Positions 1-11,614 are shown, counted from the stretch's first letter. The stretch is DNA of 64,000 nt from Acidobacteriota bacterium (GCA_965248695.1 CBDFKD010000002.1:5408001-5472000), one strand, 5' to 3'. Notes: generated by a model from the letters alone, not told the origin. A program made the numbers and translations.

Positions 1-414
<414 letters not shown>

Positions 415-453
415 CGGTCGGCGATCTCGCCGCCGAGCGGACCCACTCTGCGC

Positions 454-1641
454 TCAGAACAACGACACTTCTACCGCCGATGCCGCCGGCACGACGGTGA
501 CCTCCGGTCCGATCTCGATCCACCCGCTCGCCTGCGCCATGCTGCTGACAGCGCTGGAGAACGTGAACGACGGCGTCGCGACGTTGCCTTCCACGAGGAC
601 CGGCATCAGATGCGTCATGCCGGAAGGCGACCGAACCTCCTCCCCCAGCTCACAGCTCCGCGTCGGGCGCGCCGTCGCTCGGTGAGCCATGCGGCGCACT
701 AGCGGATCGACGAGTGCATACGCCTGCATCATGCAGGTGGTCGGAAACCCCGGCAGCCCGATGACGGCCCTACCGGCAGCCCGACCGACCAGGAGCGGCT
801 TCCCGGGGCGCACGGCAACGCCGTGAACGCGGACCTCCCCCAGGTCGCCGACCACGTCCGCCACGAGATCACGCCGACCCACCGATGTGCCTCCGATCGT
901 GACCACCAGATCAAACCCCGGGCGTTGCATGACTTCGGCGAGCGCGTCGCGGCGGTCGACGACGATGTCGGCACGTTCAACCATCGCCCCGGCTCCGGTG
1001 AGCAGCGCCTGCAAGCCGGCCGCATTGGAGTCGTATACCTGCCCGGGCTCGAGCTCGGTACCGAGCGGCACCACCTCGTCACCGGTCGGCGTGACCAGTA
1101 CCCGCGGCCGCTCCCAAGCCTCGATCTCCTGCACACCGCCGGCAACGCAAGCGGCCAGGAACGCGGCGTGCACGACCTGACCCGGCACACCGATCGGTCG
1201 TCCGGCCTTCAGATCCTCGCCGCGGCGTGACACGTGTTGTCCTGGTTCGACGGCCGACGACAGGCAGACGGCATCGCCGTCTCGGCTGGTGCGCTCTACC
1301 GGAATTACCGCGTCGACGCCGTGCGGCACCGGCGCGCCGGTGGCGATCTCGACACAGGTACCCGGCTCCACATCGAAATCCGCCGGCTGGCCGGCGGCAA
1401 TCCGGGCGACGCATCGCAGCACCGCGCCGGCGCTGTCACAGTCAGCGGCACGCAGCGCGAACCCATCCATCGCCGCTCGGTCGGCGGTCGGAACGTCGGT
1501 AACGGCCACCGCGTCGGCCGCCAGAACTCGGCCCACTGCGTCGGCGAGCGCGACGTGCTCGGTCCGGTCAACCGGCACGGCCAGGTCCATCGCGGCAGCT
1601 CGAACCTCCGCGTAGCTTGTCAGGTCGGCGAAGGGTCGCAT
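454..1641 (-). CDS. moeA: Molybdopterin molybdotransferase MoeA
   Basis: AMDGFA, IATGAPVP, TGDEV, YDSN, GGTSVG and RPGKP motifs. Start placed at ATG 1641 because the longer ORF overlaps queG. Confidence 0.92.
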   Translation of the reverse strand: MRPFADLTSYAEVRAAAMDLAVPVDRTEHVALADAVGRVLAADAVAVTDVPTADRAAMDGFALRAADCDSAGAVLRCVARIAAGQPADFDVEPGTCVEIATGAPVPHGVDAVIPVERTSRDGDAVCLSSAVEPGQHVSRRGEDLKAGRPIGVPGQVVHAAFLAACVAGGVQEIEAWERPRVLVTPTGDEVVPLGTELEPGQVYDSNAAGLQALLTGAGAMVERADIVVDRRDALAEVMQRPGFDLVVTIGGTSVGRRDLVADVVGDLGEVRVHGVAVRPGKPLLVGRAAGRAVIGLPGFPTTCMMQAYALVDPLVRRMAHRATARPTRSCELGEEVRSPSGMTHLMPVLVEGNVATPSFTFSSAVSSMAQASGWIEIGPEVTVVPAASAVEVSLF

Positions 1642-1702
1642 CCCCGTGCGATCGGTCCGGGCACTCATCGGGCCGCAGTTTAGCAGGTTAGACTCCGCCA
1701 TC

Positions 1703-2836
1703 ATGGAAGCTCGCGCGCGCTTGACGGCGGCCATTCGCGAGGCCGCCAGCGACGAAGGATTCGACCGCTGTGCCGCGGCGCCCCTTGTCGTTCTCGAGGC
1801 CGTTCCACGACTACGAGAGTGGCTGCGCCGGGGCCACCACGGCGAGATGGGCTGGCTGGAACGCAACCTCGAACGCCGGTGCGATCCGAGTGTCGTCGTC
1901 CCCGGGGCGCGCTCGGTCGTCATGCTGGCGCGCGACTATCACACCGGCCACGAGGCCACCGAAGACCCCAGCCTGGGCCGCCTCTCGCGTTACGCCTGGG
2001 GCGACGAGTACCACGAGGTACTTGGCGCTGCCGTGCGACGCCTATACGAGCGCATCCGAACCCTGTGCCCGGAGGCCGCGGGACGCTACTACGTCGACAC
2101 CGGGCCGGTGATGGAGAAAGCCTGGGCGGAGCTCGCCGGCCTCGGCTGGATCGGCAAACACACGAACCTGCTCGGCACGCGTTCCGGCTCCTGGTTTTTC
2201 CTGGCGGCAATCATCCTGGACGTCGAGCTCGACTACGGTGTCCCTGAGCGCGACCACTGCGGTACCTGTCGGGCCTGTATCGACGTCTGCCCGACGGACG
2301 CGATCGTAGCGCCGTACGTGCTCGACGCGCGGCGCTGCATCTCCTACCTGACGATCGAGCACCGAGGGCCGATTCCGCGTCCGCTGCGATCGCCGATCGG
2401 CAACCGTATCTTCGGCTGCGACGATTGCCAGGACGTATGCCCCTGGAACCGTTACGCACGCGTTACGGATGATGCAACGTTCGCGCCCCGTCGCGAGAAC
2501 CAGGCACCGCTCCTCCACGAGCTCATGCGCCTCGACGCCGACGGCTTCCGTGCACGCTTCCGACACAGTCCGGTACGCCGCGCAAAGTACGCGGGATTTC
2601 TACGCAACGTCGCCATAGCGCTCGGCAACTCGGGCGATGTGGAAGCCGCACCGGTGCTCGCGGAGCGTCTCGGTGACGACGAGGCGCTGGTGCGCGGCCA
2701 TTGTGCCTGGGCTCTGGGCAAGATCGGTGGTCCGGTAGCGCGGGACGCGCTGGATGCGGCGTTGGCGGTGGAGCGCGATGCGTGGGTCAAGGAAGAGATC
2801 GAACTGGCGTTGGAGTCGCCCAGCGACGCGGCCTAG
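1703..2836 (+). CDS. queG: Epoxyqueuosine reductase QueG
   Basis: YAWGDEYH, VDTGPVMEK, GSWFFL, CGTCRACIDVCPT, CISYLTIE, FGCDDCQDVCPWN; C-terminal HEAT repeat. Confidence 0.95.
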   Translation: MEARARLTAAIREAASDEGFDRCAAAPLVVLEAVPRLREWLRRGHHGEMGWLERNLERRCDPSVVVPGARSVVMLARDYHTGHEATEDPSLGRLSRYAWGDEYHEVLGAAVRRLYERIRTLCPEAAGRYYVDTGPVMEKAWAELAGLGWIGKHTNLLGTRSGSWFFLAAIILDVELDYGVPERDHCGTCRACIDVCPTDAIVAPYVLDARRCISYLTIEHRGPIPRPLRSPIGNRIFGCDDCQDVCPWNRYARVTDDATFAPRRENQAPLLHELMRLDADGFRARFRHSPVRRAKYAGFLRNVAIALGNSGDVEAAPVLAERLGDDEALVRGHCAWALGKIGGPVARDALDAALAVERDAWVKEEIELALESPSDAA

Positions 2837-2896
2837 CGGAGCGAGTCCGAACCACCCGGCCGACCGTCATGGATGCGCTTGTGTGGCATTCTCTAG

Positions 2897-3079
2897 CAGG
2901 CCGTGGTGGAAGTGTGGCGGGCCTGGCGACAGGGTCTTGCGAGGCGGAGGCAAGGAGAGAGGAGGAGGCGATGGTCACCCCATCGTTGACGACGAACGAC
3001 GCAGCATACGCGCGCAATCCCCTGTCGCCCGGAGGGTTACGGCGAGTAACCAGACCCACCACACTTCCACCACGGCCTG
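2897..3079. mobile_element. MITE-like element, 183 bp, with 30-bp terminal inverted repeats and CTAG on both sides
   Basis: Left end CAGGCCGTGGTGGAAGTGTGGCGGGCCTGG matches the reverse complement of the right end at 28/30 (first 21 perfect); CTAG at 2893-2896 and 3080-3083; no transposase inside. Confidence 0.75.
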
Positions 3080-3101
3080 CTAGGCTGCACAAGGAGGTTC
3101 G

Positions 3102-3959
3102 ATGGGGCTCATCAGCAAGGTCCGTTTCGCCGGCACCGCGACGCTGGCCGTCGTTGGCCTGCTCGCTTGGACGCACGAGCCGCCGCCCACGCTCGTCTAC
3201 CCCGTCGATCTGGTCCCGGCGGTCGACGGCTGGGTGGTCGCCGACTTCAAAGCGCACGGCTTGTTGAAACTGGCATCCACAGGTGAGATCGACCCCATCT
3301 ATCAGGGGTCAGGGATGCCGCGCTCGCCGCTGTACGGCACCCGGTCGGTCCTTCCCTCCCCCGATGGGGACGGCTGGATCGTCGCCGACCCCGGAACCTT
3401 CGGGCTCTACCGGGTCAGCTCCGACGGCGAGCTGTCGACGCTCACGACCGAGCTCGACATCCCGCAGGGCCTGGCGCGTTTCGATGATCAGTCGCTCCTG
3501 GTATCGGATCTTCGTAGCGGCATCGGCGCCGTGCACCGCGTCACCCTCGATGGTCGGGTCACGGTGTTCGCCGAGATCGAGAGTCCCAAGGGAATCGTCG
3601 CCGATGGTGACGACGCCTTCGCTGTCGTGTCGCACGGAGAACGCGCCGTGTTCCGTATTACGCGAGCCGGCCGGGTATCGACGATCGCGGCCGGTGAGCC
3701 GTTCGATTTCCCGCACGATCTCGTACGCGATCCGGATGGCAGCTTCGTGGTGACCGACGGCTATGCGGCCGCCCTTTTTCGCGTGTCTACCGAGGGGACG
3801 GTCAGTGTTCTGGCTCAGGGACCCCCGCTGATCAACCCGCAAGGGATCGTGCGCGACAACGATGGGTACGTGGTCGTGGATCCCCAGGCCGGGGCCGTCT
3901 TCCGGGTCTCGATGGACGGCGTGGTGACGAGCATCTTCACGGTGACCGCCACACCGTGA
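3102..3959 (+). CDS. Secreted beta-propeller protein (NHL/SMP-30/Vgb-like)
   Basis: RBS AAGGAGG; N-terminal hydrophobic signal; repeated PxG(I/L)xxDxDG blade motifs. Confidence 0.7.
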   Translation: MGLISKVRFAGTATLAVVGLLAWTHEPPPTLVYPVDLVPAVDGWVVADFKAHGLLKLASTGEIDPIYQGSGMPRSPLYGTRSVLPSPDGDGWIVADPGTFGLYRVSSDGELSTLTTELDIPQGLARFDDQSLLVSDLRSGIGAVHRVTLDGRVTVFAEIESPKGIVADGDDAFAVVSHGERAVFRITRAGRVSTIAAGEPFDFPHDLVRDPDGSFVVTDGYAAALFRVSTEGTVSVLAQGPPLINPQGIVRDNDGYVVVDPQAGAVFRVSMDGVVTSIFTVTATP

Positions 3960-4032
3960 CTTGCTCCACCCTGACCGCCGAGTAGCGCCACAGTCCGATG
4001 CCCGCCAGTCGGCGCTCGAGCAGCACCACGCG

Positions 4033-4593
4033 TCAGCCGGTTATCGCCTCGTAGATCGCCGCGCCCTTGGACCGCAGCTCTTCGTCTGACAGCCCTTCGA
4101 GCTCGTGCGGGAACACGATCCATTCGTCGGTCTCCACCTGCCAGTAGTCCGGCACGATGTTCGTTTCGTTGCGCAGTGGCTTGTAGTAGACGGTCGCGAC
4201 GCGCATCTCGGGCGAGTTCAGACGAGCTCGCTGGCGGATCTCCTCGAGGATGGCCGCCATCGTGTGTCCGGTATCGAACACGTCATCGATCAGCAGTAGT
4301 CGGTGATCGGCCTCCAGCACGTCGATGATGTGGTCCACCCCCTTGATCTCCACGCCCGCGTCGCCGCGCTGCATCCCCTGGTAGGACTGGGTCTTGATCG
4401 TCGTGTGGTAGGGATCGAGACCGCGCAACCGAAAGTACTCGTGAATCAGGATTCCGGGCGGCGTACCGCCGCGCCAGATGCCGACGAGAAAGTCCGGTCG
4501 AAATCCGTCGTCCCAGATCTCGCGCGCCAGACGCACCGACTCCAGCAGGAGCGTTCGGGCATCGATGAAGATCTTCGGAATCGGCTCGCCCAA
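4033..4593 (-). CDS. Type I phosphoribosyltransferase (purine PRTase-like)
   Basis: VGIWRGG, PRPP loop LLIDDVFDTGHT, WIVFPHE. Confidence 0.88.
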   Translation of the reverse strand: MGEPIPKIFIDARTLLLESVRLAREIWDDGFRPDFLVGIWRGGTPPGILIHEYFRLRGLDPYHTTIKTQSYQGMQRGDAGVEIKGVDHIIDVLEADHRLLLIDDVFDTGHTMAAILEEIRQRARLNSPEMRVATVYYKPLRNETNIVPDYWQVETDEWIVFPHELEGLSDEELRSKGAAIYEAITG

Positions 4594-4840
4594 GACGTCG
4601 GGCTCCGCTGTGCGGGGGCTGACCAGATGCGGAACGGTAGCAGGTTTGTGGGCCCGCGGCAGCGGTGGTTGACGGCCGCCATAGGCGTCGATAGGCTGAC
4701 CGCTTCAGGGGCCTCCTCGGGTACGTGCGGTGGGCGCGTAGATCGGGGCGAGCATGGGGGCTCGGGGGTTCTTCCTCGCACCATCGCTAGCCCGATCTGT
4801 TGCCGTGCATCCGGGGTTCGATCGCATGGAGAGGGCTGTA

Positions 4841-6277
4841 ATGGGGTTCATCGGGCACCAGTTTATCCAGCAGGTTCGTAGCTTCTCCGACGAGATGGTG
4901 CGCTACTCGTCTAACCATCTCGACATCGAGTCGGGCGTGCCGCGAGGACTGAGTCTGTCCAGCGTCGATGACGTAATGGGCTTCGTCCGCGAACACGAGA
5001 TCACCTCTATTCGCCTGTGGTTCACCGACATTCTCGGCTTCCTCAAGACCTTCGAGATCACCCAACACGAGCTCGCCGGCGCGTTCGAAGAAGGCATGGG
5101 GTTCGACGGCTCGTCGATTCACGGGTACCAGCGAATTCAGGAGAGCGACATGATTGCCGTTCCCGTTCCGGAGACCGCTCAGTTCATCCCGTTCCAGATC
5201 GGCCCGTCGCGTTGCATCCGCATGTACGCCGAGGTGCGCAATCCGAACGGCGATCCATACGCCGGCGATCCCCGGAACATCCTCAAGCGCCAGCTGGACC
5301 GTCTCACCGAGCACGGTTTCTCACACATGAACATCGGCCCGGAGGCGGAGTACTTCTACTTCAGCGACGGGGTCTCCACCGATGGCCTCGACCAGGCGGG
5401 CTACTTCGATCTGGTTCCCACGGATGCTGGCGACGATCTTCGTGAGGCGACCGTTTTCGCGCTCGAGGCCATGGGCATCCAAGTGGAGTACACGCACCAC
5501 GAGGTTGCACCCTCGCAACACGAGATCGATCTGAAGTACGACCGCGCGTTGGATATGGCCGACAAGCTGCAAACGTACAAATGGTTAGTAAAGGAAGTCG
5601 CACGCCGCAATGGCGTACACGCCACCTTCATGCCCAAGCCGCTGATGGGCGAGAACGGCAGCGGCATGCATACCCACCTGTCGATCTTCGACGGCGACAA
5701 CAATGCGTTCTACTCGGCGGACGACGAGCATCACCTGTCGGCGACGGCGAAGCATTTCCTGGCCGGAGTTCTGGCCCATGCAAAGGAAATCTGTCTGCTA
5801 ACCAACCAGTGGTACAACTCGTACAAGCGGCTCGTTCCGGGCTACGAAGCGCCGGTGTACATTGCCTGGGCGGAGCGCAACCGTTCGGCTCTCGTCCGGA
5901 TCCCGCAATACAAGCCGGGCAAGGAAGTGGCGACGCGGATCGAGCTTCGCTTCCCGGACGCCGCGTGCAATCCGTATCTGGCGTTCGCGAGCATGCTTGC
6001 CGCCGGCCTGGACGGTGTGGAGCGCGAGCTTCCACTGCGCGACCCGAGCCCCGAGGATCTCTACCACCTGTCCGCCGTAGATCGTGTGGAGAAGGGCATC
6101 GATGCACTGCCGCACGATCTGTTCGACGCCGTCGAGGCGGCGCGGGAATCCGAGCTCCTGCGCGAGACCCTGGGATCGCAGGTGGTGGACAAGCTGGTCG
6201 AGACCAAGATCGACGAGTACGACGGCTACCGCCTGCACGTTTCCAATCGCGAGCTCGAAGAGAGCCTCAAACTCTAG
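4841..6277 (+). CDS. glnA: Glutamine synthetase, type I
   Basis: FDGSSI, GPEAEY, HHEVAPSQHEI, ATFMPKP, NGSGMHTH, YKRLVPGYEAP, RIELRFPD. Start uncertain; 4841 chosen for the upstream GGAGAGG. Confidence 0.95.
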   Translation: MGFIGHQFIQQVRSFSDEMVRYSSNHLDIESGVPRGLSLSSVDDVMGFVREHEITSIRLWFTDILGFLKTFEITQHELAGAFEEGMGFDGSSIHGYQRIQESDMIAVPVPETAQFIPFQIGPSRCIRMYAEVRNPNGDPYAGDPRNILKRQLDRLTEHGFSHMNIGPEAEYFYFSDGVSTDGLDQAGYFDLVPTDAGDDLREATVFALEAMGIQVEYTHHEVAPSQHEIDLKYDRALDMADKLQTYKWLVKEVARRNGVHATFMPKPLMGENGSGMHTHLSIFDGDNNAFYSADDEHHLSATAKHFLAGVLAHAKEICLLTNQWYNSYKRLVPGYEAPVYIAWAERNRSALVRIPQYKPGKEVATRIELRFPDAACNPYLAFASMLAAGLDGVERELPLRDPSPEDLYHLSAVDRVEKGIDALPHDLFDAVEAARESELLRETLGSQVVDKLVETKIDEYDGYRLHVSNRELEESLKL

Positions 6278-6335
6278 TGGCCCGTAAGCGGGCACGAGTG
6301 CCCGGCAGCCGGGAGGCAAGGACACGGGACCTCCG

Positions 6336-7037
6336 GTGAGAAGAGCGGCAGCGGTCGGCAGCTACGTCGGGATCATGGTCTTCGTGGCGCTGGCCTACGA
6401 GACGTACACGGGAAGCCTCGATGCCGCGACGTTCCTGCCCATCGTCGGTTTCTACCTGGCGACATCGGGCATCATAACGGCGTTCGCGGTCTGGACTGCC
6501 GGCGAAGTCGGCTTGCCGAGCTTGCTGATCCTGTCGGAGTTGCCGGTGCGGACGCGATGGACACGCTGGGCGATCTACGGCGTGGGTGTCGGATTGCTGC
6601 TGTGGATCGGCAACATCGTGCTTTCCGGTGGCGGCGGTGAGGCTCTCCGCCCATGGTTCTGGCGCCGCATCCAGACACCTTTGGGGACCGTCCTGTTCTC
6701 GGCGCGCGCAGCGCTGCTCGAAGAAACGTTCTTCCGTCTCTTCATGATCCCCTTCCTCGTGTCCATCGTCATGCGCATGCGACCGCCACAGTACCGACTC
6801 CGCCTGCAGGGAGGCGCCGCGCGAGCGATCACGAGCAAGCCCGAGCCGAGTCGTTGGTTGATCGCATCCGCGACGCTGATCTCGTCGGTCCTGTTCGGCC
6901 TGGCGCATCCCTTCAGCCCGGTGCCGGCAATGCTGCTAGCTCCGCTGCTGGCTGTCAGCTACCTACGAGGTGGCTGGGAATCGGCCGTCACGGCGCACTT
7001 CATCGCCAACGTGATCGTCTTTTCGGTGTACTTCTGA
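6336..7037 (+). CDS. CPBP (CAAX/Abi) intramembrane metalloprotease
   Basis: Multi-TM; EETFFR, FGLAH and AHFIAN motifs. Confidence 0.8.
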   Translation: MRRAAAVGSYVGIMVFVALAYETYTGSLDAATFLPIVGFYLATSGIITAFAVWTAGEVGLPSLLILSELPVRTRWTRWAIYGVGVGLLLWIGNIVLSGGGGEALRPWFWRRIQTPLGTVLFSARAALLEETFFRLFMIPFLVSIVMRMRPPQYRLRLQGGAARAITSKPEPSRWLIASATLISSVLFGLAHPFSPVPAMLLAPLLAVSYLRGGWESAVTAHFIANVIVFSVYF

Positions 7038-7106
7038 CGGGCTCCGAAACCGTCTCCCCGAGTCCGCGTATAGAGTATCGACGCTGCCACACAAGAGGAG
7101 GAGATC

Positions 7107-7430
7107 GTGGAGATCATCGGAGCGCTGCTGGGGCTGGTCGTTGCGGTCGCGGTCGGAGGCGTGCTCGTCGTTCTCCTCGGTCTGTTGCTGTTGCCGCTGA
7201 TCCTGCTTCTGAAGCTCATCGGGTTCGGCGCCAAGGTGGCCTTTTCGACCGTCGGGTGGGTGCTCGGTGGGCTGTTGTTACTGCCCCTGATGGTGCTGCT
7301 GCTGCCAGTTATCCTCCTGGTCGGCGGCCTGCTGCTGCTGAAGCTCCTGATCCTGGCGGTCCCGTTGCTCTTCCTGGCGCTGGTGGTTTGGGCCCTCGTG
7401 ACGATGGTCCGCAGGCCGGCGACCGCGTAA
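7107..7430 (+). CDS. Small Leu-rich membrane protein, unknown function
   Basis: Strong RBS AGGAGGAG before GTG; almost entirely hydrophobic. Confidence 0.7.
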   Translation: MEIIGALLGLVVAVAVGGVLVVLLGLLLLPLILLLKLIGFGAKVAFSTVGWVLGGLLLLPLMVLLLPVILLVGGLLLLKLLILAVPLLFLALVVWALVTMVRRPATA

Positions 7431-7493
7431 CCGGCGCCGAGGGCGACCGCGGACGCGACCGCTTCGAGCAACACTGATCCGCCGCGACGCGGC

Positions 7494-8493
7494 TCAGGTA
7501 GCTTCGGCGAGCCCGGTCAGACGTGCCAGAGCGCGGCGGACGTTGACGCGCGTTACCTGCTTGCGCCAGTAGTACATCAGATCGACATTATCGAGCGGAG
7601 TAGCGCGCTCGTACGCCGCCTCGGCAACCTCGGCGAGCAACTCGGCGTTCGGCTCTTTGCCCTCGAGCAGCTCCCCTGCTTCCGGCACCGCGACCGGGTG
7701 CGTATGCACCGCGCCGAGAACCAAGCGAGCATCCCGCACGGCTCCATCGACCATGGACAGGGCTGCGCCCACGCCGAGAATCGGGAAGTCGAAGCTGCCG
7801 CGCCGGCGCACCTTCAGATAGGTGCTGCGCAGCTCCGCGACCGCAGCCGGCACGCGCACCGCGGTCACGATCTCGCCCGGCTGCCGGGTCAAGTACTCGA
7901 TGCCGTCGTCCTGGTAGAGGGCCCCCAACGCCAGCGTTCGAGATCCGGCCGGTCCGACCAGCTCCACCGTCGCCCCGAGGGCCATGAGCAGCGGCGCCGT
8001 GTCGCTCGAGGACACCGCCCAGCACTTGCTGGAGCCGGGGGCGACGAGGCATATGTCGCCGTCCTTCTTCAGGCAGAAGCCGATGGCGCGGCGCCACTCG
8101 TATGTTTTGGTTGTAGTAGTTACAGCGGGTGTCGACGCACAGGTTGCCGCCCAGAGTGCCCATGCGTTGGACCTGCAAGTTGGCGACCTGCGCCGCCGCC
8201 TCGGCGAGACCGGCGCAATGCAGGCGCACACGGGCGTCATCGGCCAGCTGACGCAGGGTCACTCCGGCTCCTAGAAGCAGCGCGCCGTCGGGCTGTGGCT
8301 CGATCGTGCGCATCTCGTCGATGCGCCGGATACCGATGAGCACCGGCGGCTCGAACTGGCGGCGCTTCATGTTCGGCAACAAGTCCGTGCCCCCGGCGAC
8401 GTACATGGCGCGGCCGTCCGCGTTGGACCACAGGTCGACCGCCTCGGCCACCGTGCGCGCGGCGTGATACTCGAACGGCGGCAGACGCAGCAC
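7494..8493 (-). CDS. FAD/[4Fe-4S] subunit of a 4-hydroxybenzoyl-CoA reductase-like enzyme (HcrB-like), apparent frameshift near 8105
   Basis: AGGTDLLPNMK, GTLGGNLC, Cys-rich insert DTRCNYYNQ..EWRRAIGFCLKKDGDIC..KC split over two frames at the T run 8105-8108. Confidence 0.82.
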
Positions 8494-8569
8494 TTCTAGG
8501 ATCCGGCGGCGCAGGTGGACGGCATATCAGCCCGACCCGCCACGTGATCGAGGCGACTCGACACGCCCC

Positions 8570-10989
8570 TCAGTCCTGCCGCCGACGGGTAGGAACGTAG
8601 GGCTCGGGTGGTTTGTCGTACCAAACCGGATCGACCTCCAGCGGCGCTTCCCAGTCGACCTCCGGCATGCCGGCCGGACCCACCCGCGCGTCCTTGCCTT
8701 CGGCTTTGAGGCGTAAACCGGCCAGTACCTTTTCAGGCGTGATCGGAAGCTCGTCGATACGAACGCCGATGGCGTTGTAGACCGCATTCGCGACCGCCGG
8801 CGGCACCGGAAGGAGTGGTCCCTGCCCGACTTCTTTGGCGCCGAACGGGCCTTCACCATCCAGGCTCTCGATCAGGAATGTCTCGACCGGCGGCATCTCG
8901 AGAAAGGTCGGGCTCTTGTACTCGAGCATCGATGGGAACTTGTGCAGACCCTTACGGAAAACCTGCTCTTCCATGAAGATTTCGCCGAGCGCCATGTAGA
9001 CCGAGCCCTCGACCTGTCCTTCCACCAGCTTCGGGTTGATCGAGCGACCGATGTCATGACCGATCCAGATCCTCTCGGGCGTGACGATCCCGGTTTCCGT
9101 ATCGACATCGACCAGCACGGCGGCAGCGGTGTAGGAGTATGCCGGCGATGGTCCGACCCCGGATCCCTTGTACGGGCCGGCAAGCGCCGGCGGGGTATAG
9201 GAGCCTGTCGCCGACAGTTGCCCGAACATCGCCTCTGCCAGTGGCACCGCCTGAGCAAAGCGCATCGACGCACCGCTAGCTCGGTGCTCGATTCGCCGGT
9301 GCGCGAATCGAAGCTCGGCGGCACCGACGCCGAGCTTCGCCGCCGCGGCGGTGGCAAGCATCTCGCGAATCTTCTCTCCAGCCTCCTTCGCTGCGTTGCC
9401 CATCATGAAGGTAACGCGACTGGAGTACGAACCGAGATCAATCGGCGTGGTGTCCGTGTCGGACACCACGAGCTGAACGTCCTCTGGCTCGATCCCCAGC
9501 ACCTCGGCCACGGTCATCGCCAGCACCGAGTTGGAACCCTGACCGATATCGATCTCCATGCACTTGGCGCTGACGCCACCGCCCCGGTCGACCTTCAGAT
9601 CCACCGAGGTGTGCGGCATCTTGTTCCAGTAGATCGGCAAACCCGCTCCCGACAAGTAGGCACCGGCAGCGGCGCCAATGCCTCGGCCAAAGGGCAGGCT
9701 GTGTCGCAACTCGGAATATCCGGACTCTTCGCCCACACGCGCGAGGCACTCATCCAGGCCGCAGGAGGTCACGCGCATGTAGTTGGCGGTCATCGAATAC
9801 TCGTCCACGAGAATTCGACGACGGTACTCGAGCGCATCGACTCCGAGCGCCTCGGCGACGCGATCGAGATGCACCTCGAGGGCATAGCGAGGCTGCGGCG
9901 TGCCGTGTCCGCGCTTGGGGCCGCAGGCGGGCTTGTTGGTGAAAACGCGCACGCCACGGAACCGATAGTTGGGGATCTTGTAGGTCACCGTCTGTAGCGC
10001 ACCGGTGTAGTATAGGTGCTGGCGACTCCGTACGACCCGTACGCCCCACCGTCGACGCAGGAAACGAAATCGAGCGCCAGGATGCTGCCGTCCTCCTGAT
10101 GCGCCGACTTGACCCACATCAGCACCGGGTGGCGCCCGCGATGAGCGTAGAAGACCTCTTCGCGAGTCAGGGTTATCTTCACCGGTCGCCCGGTGAGCAT
10201 CGACAGCTTGGCGACCACGAACTCGTGCGGAAAGATGTCGGACTTGCCGCCGAATCCACCGCCGTTCGGCGTCGCAACCACCCGGATCCGGCTTGCTGGC
10301 AGCTCCAGTACCTTCGCCAGCGCCTTGTGGACGTAGTGGGGCGTCTGTGTGGAGGACCAGAGCGTCAACCTTCCGTCGGCCGAGAACTGGCCAACAGCGC
10401 TGTGTTGCTCCATCGCCAGATGGTTGTTGCCGGAATAGAAGTACACCCCCTCGTGAACGGAGGCGGCAGAAGCCATCGCCGCCTCGACGTCACCGAAGTG
10501 CAGATGTACTTGCTTGTGGACGTTGTCTCGCGGGCCGTAGTCGTGGATACGGTCGTCCTCGTCGACCGGGCTCAGACCTTCCTCGATGTCGAACACGGTG
10601 GGCAAATCCTCGTACTCCACCTCGATGAGCCGTACCGCCTCTTCGGCGACGAACTCGTCGCGCGCCGCCACGGCCGCTATCGGATCGCCGACGAAACGCA
10701 CCCGATCCGGCTCGAGCGGAAACTCATCCTCGCTCACCGGCAGGATGCCGTACTTGTTGCGCGGCAAATCCTTGCCCGTGATGACCGCCTTCACACCTGG
10801 GAGCGCCAGCGCCTGGGAAGTATTGATGTGAACGATGCGAGCGTGAGGCCTGTCCGAGCCGTAGATCTTCCCGTACAGCATCTGCGGGAGCTGGATGTCA
10901 TCGGCGTAGATCTCCTGACCGGTGGCCTTCCTAAGACCATCGACCTTGGGCAATGGTTTGCCGACGACGGACAGGTCCAGCTTCTCCAT
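8570..10989 (-). CDS. Molybdopterin-binding large subunit, xanthine oxidase family (HcrA-like), apparent frameshift near 10015
   Basis: STQTPH, GGGFGGK, HRGRHP, KRGHG, DIGQGS, GSYSSRVT, GQVEG, GAKEVGQ; two ORFs join at GSYGVAST/YYTGALQ. Confidence 0.85.
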
Positions 10990-11017
10990 GCTCAGCCCGC
11001 TCTCCCACGGCGCGCGG

Positions 11018-11614
11018 TCACCGCCGCGGCCTAGTCCCATCAGAGCCGCGTTTGCCCTCGACCGGATCCAAGCCGAGATCGGCCTCGTAGGCGGGGGTCG
11101 CCAATACGCGATGCGTTGGATCGTCGTCGCCGGCAGCACGGCGCTCGCGGATGCGTTCTCCCGCTAGCTCGATCGCCTCGAGGATCTTGAGATAGCCAGT
11201 GCAGCGACAGAGATTGCCGGACAGGTAGGTGCGGATCTCGTCGCGGCTGGGGTCAGCATTCTGTTTTAGCAAAACGTCTGCCGACACCAGGATCCCGGCA
11301 CTGCAATATCCACACTGTGACGCTCCGAGCTCGCCGAACGCCACCTGCAGCTCGTGCGGATCGGAGCCGGACAATAGCCCCTCAACGGTACGCACCTCGC
11401 TTTCTTGCAGCTCGACGGCAAGCGCCAGGCAGGACAGAACGGGCTCGCCATCCACCTGCACCGTGCAGGTACCGCATTCCCCCAGCTCACAGCCGTGCTT
11501 GGTGCCCGTTAGCCGCAGATCCTCGCGGAGCACCTCCAGCAGCGTCTTGTAGACCGGCACAACGAGGTCGAATTGCTCGCCGTTGACGCGCAGCTGGATG
11601 CGCTCCCGGTTCAC
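11018..11614 (-). CDS. [2Fe-2S] small subunit (HcrC/CoxS-like)
   Basis: GTKHGCELGECGTC, QCGYC, GNLCRCTGY. Confidence 0.92.
   Translation of the reverse strand: MNRERIQLRVNGEQFDLVVPVYKTLLEVLREDLRLTGTKHGCELGECGTCTVQVDGEPVLSCLALAVELQESEVRTVEGLLSGSDPHELQVAFGELGASQCGYCSAGILVSADVLLKQNADPSRDEIRTYLSGNLCRCTGYLKILEAIELAGERIRERRAAGDDDPTHRVLATPAYEADLGLDPVEGKRGSDGTRPRR

Noticed and set aside
8100-10020. Programmed frameshifting in the hcr-like genes
   Set aside because: No slippery heptamer with a stimulatory structure; indel error is the simpler explanation.
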